Below, one piece after another: positions 61,301-64,000 of a stretch of 64,000 bases of DNA (the stretch's first letter is position 1; every line of letters begins with the position of its first letter). Origin of the DNA: Phoronis australis (Eukaryota > Animalia > Phoronida); contig NMRA01000129.1 in the NCBI GenBank assembly GCA_002633005.1, forward strand, positions 836,551 through 900,550, read 5' to 3'. Made by a program: the position numbers and the translations under genes. The notes under the pieces are model-generated. The model did no database searches. It saw only the letters and a list, made by a program, of their open reading frames with translations, and was not told the origin of the DNA.

Positions 61301-63962
61301 TTCTAAAAGAGGGGCCCAAGTTCTTAATGTACTTCCAAAATTCTGTTGGGTTACTGAAATTTAAAGATTCTATGAGGTCAGCTTGATCTCTCAAAAATTT
61401 TCTTTCGATCCTCCTGTGGACTTTATCAAATAGAACCTGGGCATTTTGAAATTGGCGTCTCAGTAAAGAGCGTTCTTGAGAGCCGCTGCATTTCAAAAAT
61501 TTTTTTCCTTTAAACATACATCTTTCCAAAGCTCGGACAATTCAGCACACCAATAGGGTTTGCTTGATTTAAATTTCCTTTTCACCTTCTTTGAGTTAGA
61601 ACAAAATAATTTTCTGTCCATCTCATCAAATATACACTTACAAAACCTGCTGTACATACAGTCAATGTTTTCTTGAGTTGCTCTGCAGACCAAAATAGAA
61701 TCAATTAATTCTCGCATAGCAGTATTAAAAATTTCAGAATTCATAAAGTCTACGGGAATTGACCGAACTTTATATCTCTTTGGGGAATCGATGCAAGCTT
61801 CATTTAACTGAGAAAGGTTGCCATTATAATGTACGGAAAAATCAAGGGCAAGTAAAGAAAAAGTTTGATAAGTGGGAAGGAATTAACGACATGAACAGCC
61901 TCATAAAGTGTCCCTCTATGTGCACAATTTCTTTAGAACAATATGACTTTGATGTTTTGGATGGTGTGAGGCATAATTCATCGAAAAGCTTCCGGCGTAT
62001 GAACCTTCTACGTGCCTACAGCAGTTATATACTACTAGCAGCAGTGGTCACTGTCTACACGCGTGTCAGTACCGATTTGACATCTCCTTTTCCACAACGA
62101 ATCTATATAAGCAGCATCACGAAACTTCATGCAAACTTGAGATATCCGCCCCAAATCTTCACCAGACAAATACAGAAATAGATTAGTCAACTGCTCAAAA
62201 GGCAAAGAGTTAAAGCTGCAGCCAGTTGACATGTTCGACTGTTGTGAACCAAAACATCGCCCTCTTGTGGACAATATTTAGAGACATCGCCCTCTTGTGT
62301 AAAAAAATGTTCACCGATTTGAAGAGGGCGCTACAGCATTTTCATGAGGAGTTGGATACTAGGTTCTTTGCTTCAGTCACTGCACTTTTTCCAGCTTTTC
62401 TTCAAGACATCCGCCAAGAATTGGACGACAGATATTGTATGAGTAGCGGGAGACAGATTTTACGGTAAACGTGTAAACTACGGGCCCCTTTTGTCCCTTA
62501 TGACAAAAATCATCCGGCTGGACCACACGTTCTCGAACTCATAAAGCGCGTGGTCGCGTGGACGAAAATTGCTCGCTGACATACGCGTTCCGGGTCTGAA
62601 ACAAAGTCGCTTTGTCTTTGTGGTCGTACGGACAAAAGTCAACCGCCCAGACCACGCTCAGTAACTCATTCAACATAGGTGGATTTAGCCCCCCCCCCCT
62701 TGGCAGCCACAAAAGTAGCAAACCAGGGGCGGATCCAGGATTGTAAGTTAGCAGGGGCGGATCCAGGATATTGAGTTGGGGGGAGGGGCAGGGCAGAGTT
62801 TTAGCCAGGATTTTGACCATCAGACATTCGCATCCCCGAATCTGGGAGAATTTTAGGGAGGGGCCATGGCGGTAATTGTTTACAATATGACGACAATTAC
62901 GTAGACATATGATTTTGGTATTGTTCGATTCCTCGCAATGTTATCTTTCCAAATATACACAGAAATTTCTCCTACCCCGTTCCCTTAGTATTTTATCGTG
63001 AAATTTCTTCTAGCACTATTGCCTGGTACGCGGTAGTACACTCCGAAACCCTATAGTCGTCCGCCTAAGCATAAAACCGGCTTGTTGTCNCTCGGTAGTA
63101 ATACCGCCATGTTGAATGGATAAGGAGTCACCTGGCGGTCAAAAACTGAACTAATCTACCAACTTGCAGATCGTCGCTTTTCATAAGTTCAAATTGACCG
63201 AGACCCGTCAATCCCCTGCCCGAGTTACGTAACGTTCGATCCTATGGTGACCCTGATATACGCATCTGCTAGCAAGAATCTGCCAAAAAAGCGGAGGTTG
63301 TTTTTGAGGTCCAGATTTGTGAAAAAAGTATCACTTCAGACAATTTCATGGCAAAATGGTCAAATGATCACAATTCTAAAAAACTGGAAAAGGTAAAATG
63401 CTTCTACTTGTGCATCCACCATATTACATCAGGAAAACTTTAGCGGGAATCTCACGCGGGCAACCACCATTCAGAATCAATGATGCTGTTTCATTCAATA
63501 ATAATAGGTGTCGCTGTTATCTTGAGTTGAGCTAACATGGCGGTGTCCACCGGGAAATAGTGCTAACTGAAATTCGACGATAAAATATGAAGGAAACGCG
63601 GTAGGGGATCAATTCATATATTTTTGGAAAGATGACGGCACGAGGAATCGAACGATACCAAAATCATATGTGTAAGTTATTGTCGTCATATTGTAAACAA
63701 TTACCGATACTAATATCAAGTATGTACCTTAATGGAGTAGTATTGTAAACAATAATCCTTTTCTGGAATCCATGAGTTTATTTTCAAACAGCCACCAGGG
63801 GTCGCCCCTGCATTTGTAACAACTGTGTCTGTGATCAATGACAATGTTGTCCATCTTTATCAGTGTTTATATCTCACAAGAACTCCTGCGCAGTCCACAA
63901 ACTTCCCTGATAACACTAAAATAATGGAAGTTTAATGAAACTCACCTTAATGATAAACTCAT
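52325..63962 (-). CDS. CETN3: Centrin-3, 167 aa: complement(join(52325-52368,54641-54717,57594-57708,58306-58420,59135-59270,63946-63962))
   Basis: Six GT-AG exons total 504 nt: [68 protein letters not shown]...[73 protein letters not shown]. Minus-strand AATAAA at 50908-50913. Confidence 0.97.
52734..54124. mobile_element. PIF/Harbinger-type non-autonomous element in CETN3 intron 5
   Basis: Perfect 31-bp TIR ggcccggtctccaatctccgtactcagactc, 3-bp TSD CTG on both sides, many subterminal TACTC/GAGTA repeats, and no transposase. Confidence 0.85.
55733..57470. mobile_element. Older palindromic element (arms ~55733-55860 and ~57340-57470, left part possibly extending to ~55195) split by the Kolobok insertion
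   Basis: aaaattacctcagattatttcgatg...catcttcctcagtgatgttga is the imperfect reverse complement of tcaacaccactgaggaagatg...cattgaaataatgtgaggtaatttt. Confidence 0.65.
55872..57331 (+). mobile_element. Internally deleted Kolobok DNA transposon with a THAP-domain relic, in CETN3 intron 4
   Basis: TTAA TSD (55868-55871, 57332-57335), termini AGG.../...CCT, ~160-bp imperfect TIRs. Broken plus-strand THAP: MPHCC*VP...[11 protein letters not shown]...[20 protein letters not shown]...VKKAVIPSV. Convergent minus-strand relic GGYMFEHEY...CFTEHP. Confidence 0.85.
60394..61169. mobile_element. Long foldback element (arms ~60406-60700 and ~60750-61087) with a repeated terminal motif at 61135-61169
   Basis: tactacaaggtatgacactccg...cagtcgtccatagcaaacacaaaact recurs reverse-complemented, which explains the identical [22 protein letters not shown] peptides on both strands. 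Confidence 0.85.
61171..61780 (-). mobile_element. Non-LTR retrotransposon (LINE, CR1/L2-like) ORF2 fragment from the endonuclease-RT linker, frameshifted
   Basis: [13 protein letters not shown]...[12 protein letters not shown]...[13 protein letters not shown]...[10 protein letters not shown] across two overlapping frames. Truncated at the single N (61170). Confidence 0.75.
62073..62232 (-). other. Orphan F-box-encoding first-exon-like segment (FBXO31-like) within CETN3 intron 1
   Basis: ATG 62232: [53 protein letters not shown] matches the F-box pattern LP-E-L--IF-YL---DL---S-VC--F------LW. It is followed by a phase-1 G|GTACTG donor. Confidence 0.7.
62870..63706. mobile_element. Non-autonomous inverted-repeat element (MITE) in CETN3 intron 1
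   Basis: Left cggtaattgtttacaatatgacgacaat...catatgattttggtat..gttcgattcctcg mirrors right cgaggaatcgaac..ataccaaaatcatatg...attgtcgtcatattgtaaacaattaccg. Arms are ~160 bp. Confidence 0.8.
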
Positions 63963-64000
63963 GCCTTTTTCCCTGCTTCTTTGTTATATTTGGTAAAATT

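Overview
This is AT-rich, intron-rich animal genomic DNA, not prokaryotic. Gene content suggests an invertebrate deuterostome such as a hemichordate or echinoderm, which is an inference. Four spliced genes could be rebuilt by hand from GT-AG boundaries and reading phase: an Akt/PKB kinase (+, 408-11627, one exon probably lost in the N gap), a complete 8-exon IPNS-like 2OG-Fe(II) dioxygenase (-, 18095-31262), a peripherin-2/ROM1-like tetraspanin with a long Pro-rich tail (+, 34905-40531) and a complete centrin-3 (-, 52325-63962). A FAM181-like ORF (+, ~44318-45154) has its conserved N-terminal block lying just upstream in decayed form. Introns and spacers hold a 5'-truncated Penelope-like retroelement, an inverted Penelope pseudo-LTR pair, three minimal hammerhead ribozymes, a Kolobok remnant with a THAP relic, a Harbinger-type MITE, other foldback MITEs, a LINE fragment, an orphan F-box exon and several minisatellites. 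The most notable items are the opposite-strand hammerhead pair inside a 149-bp-arm intronic hairpin, the half-decayed FAM181 gene, the invertebrate peripherin lacking the Cys150 insert, and the orphan F-box exon inside centrin-3 intron 1. All homology calls come from recalled motifs; no searches were run.
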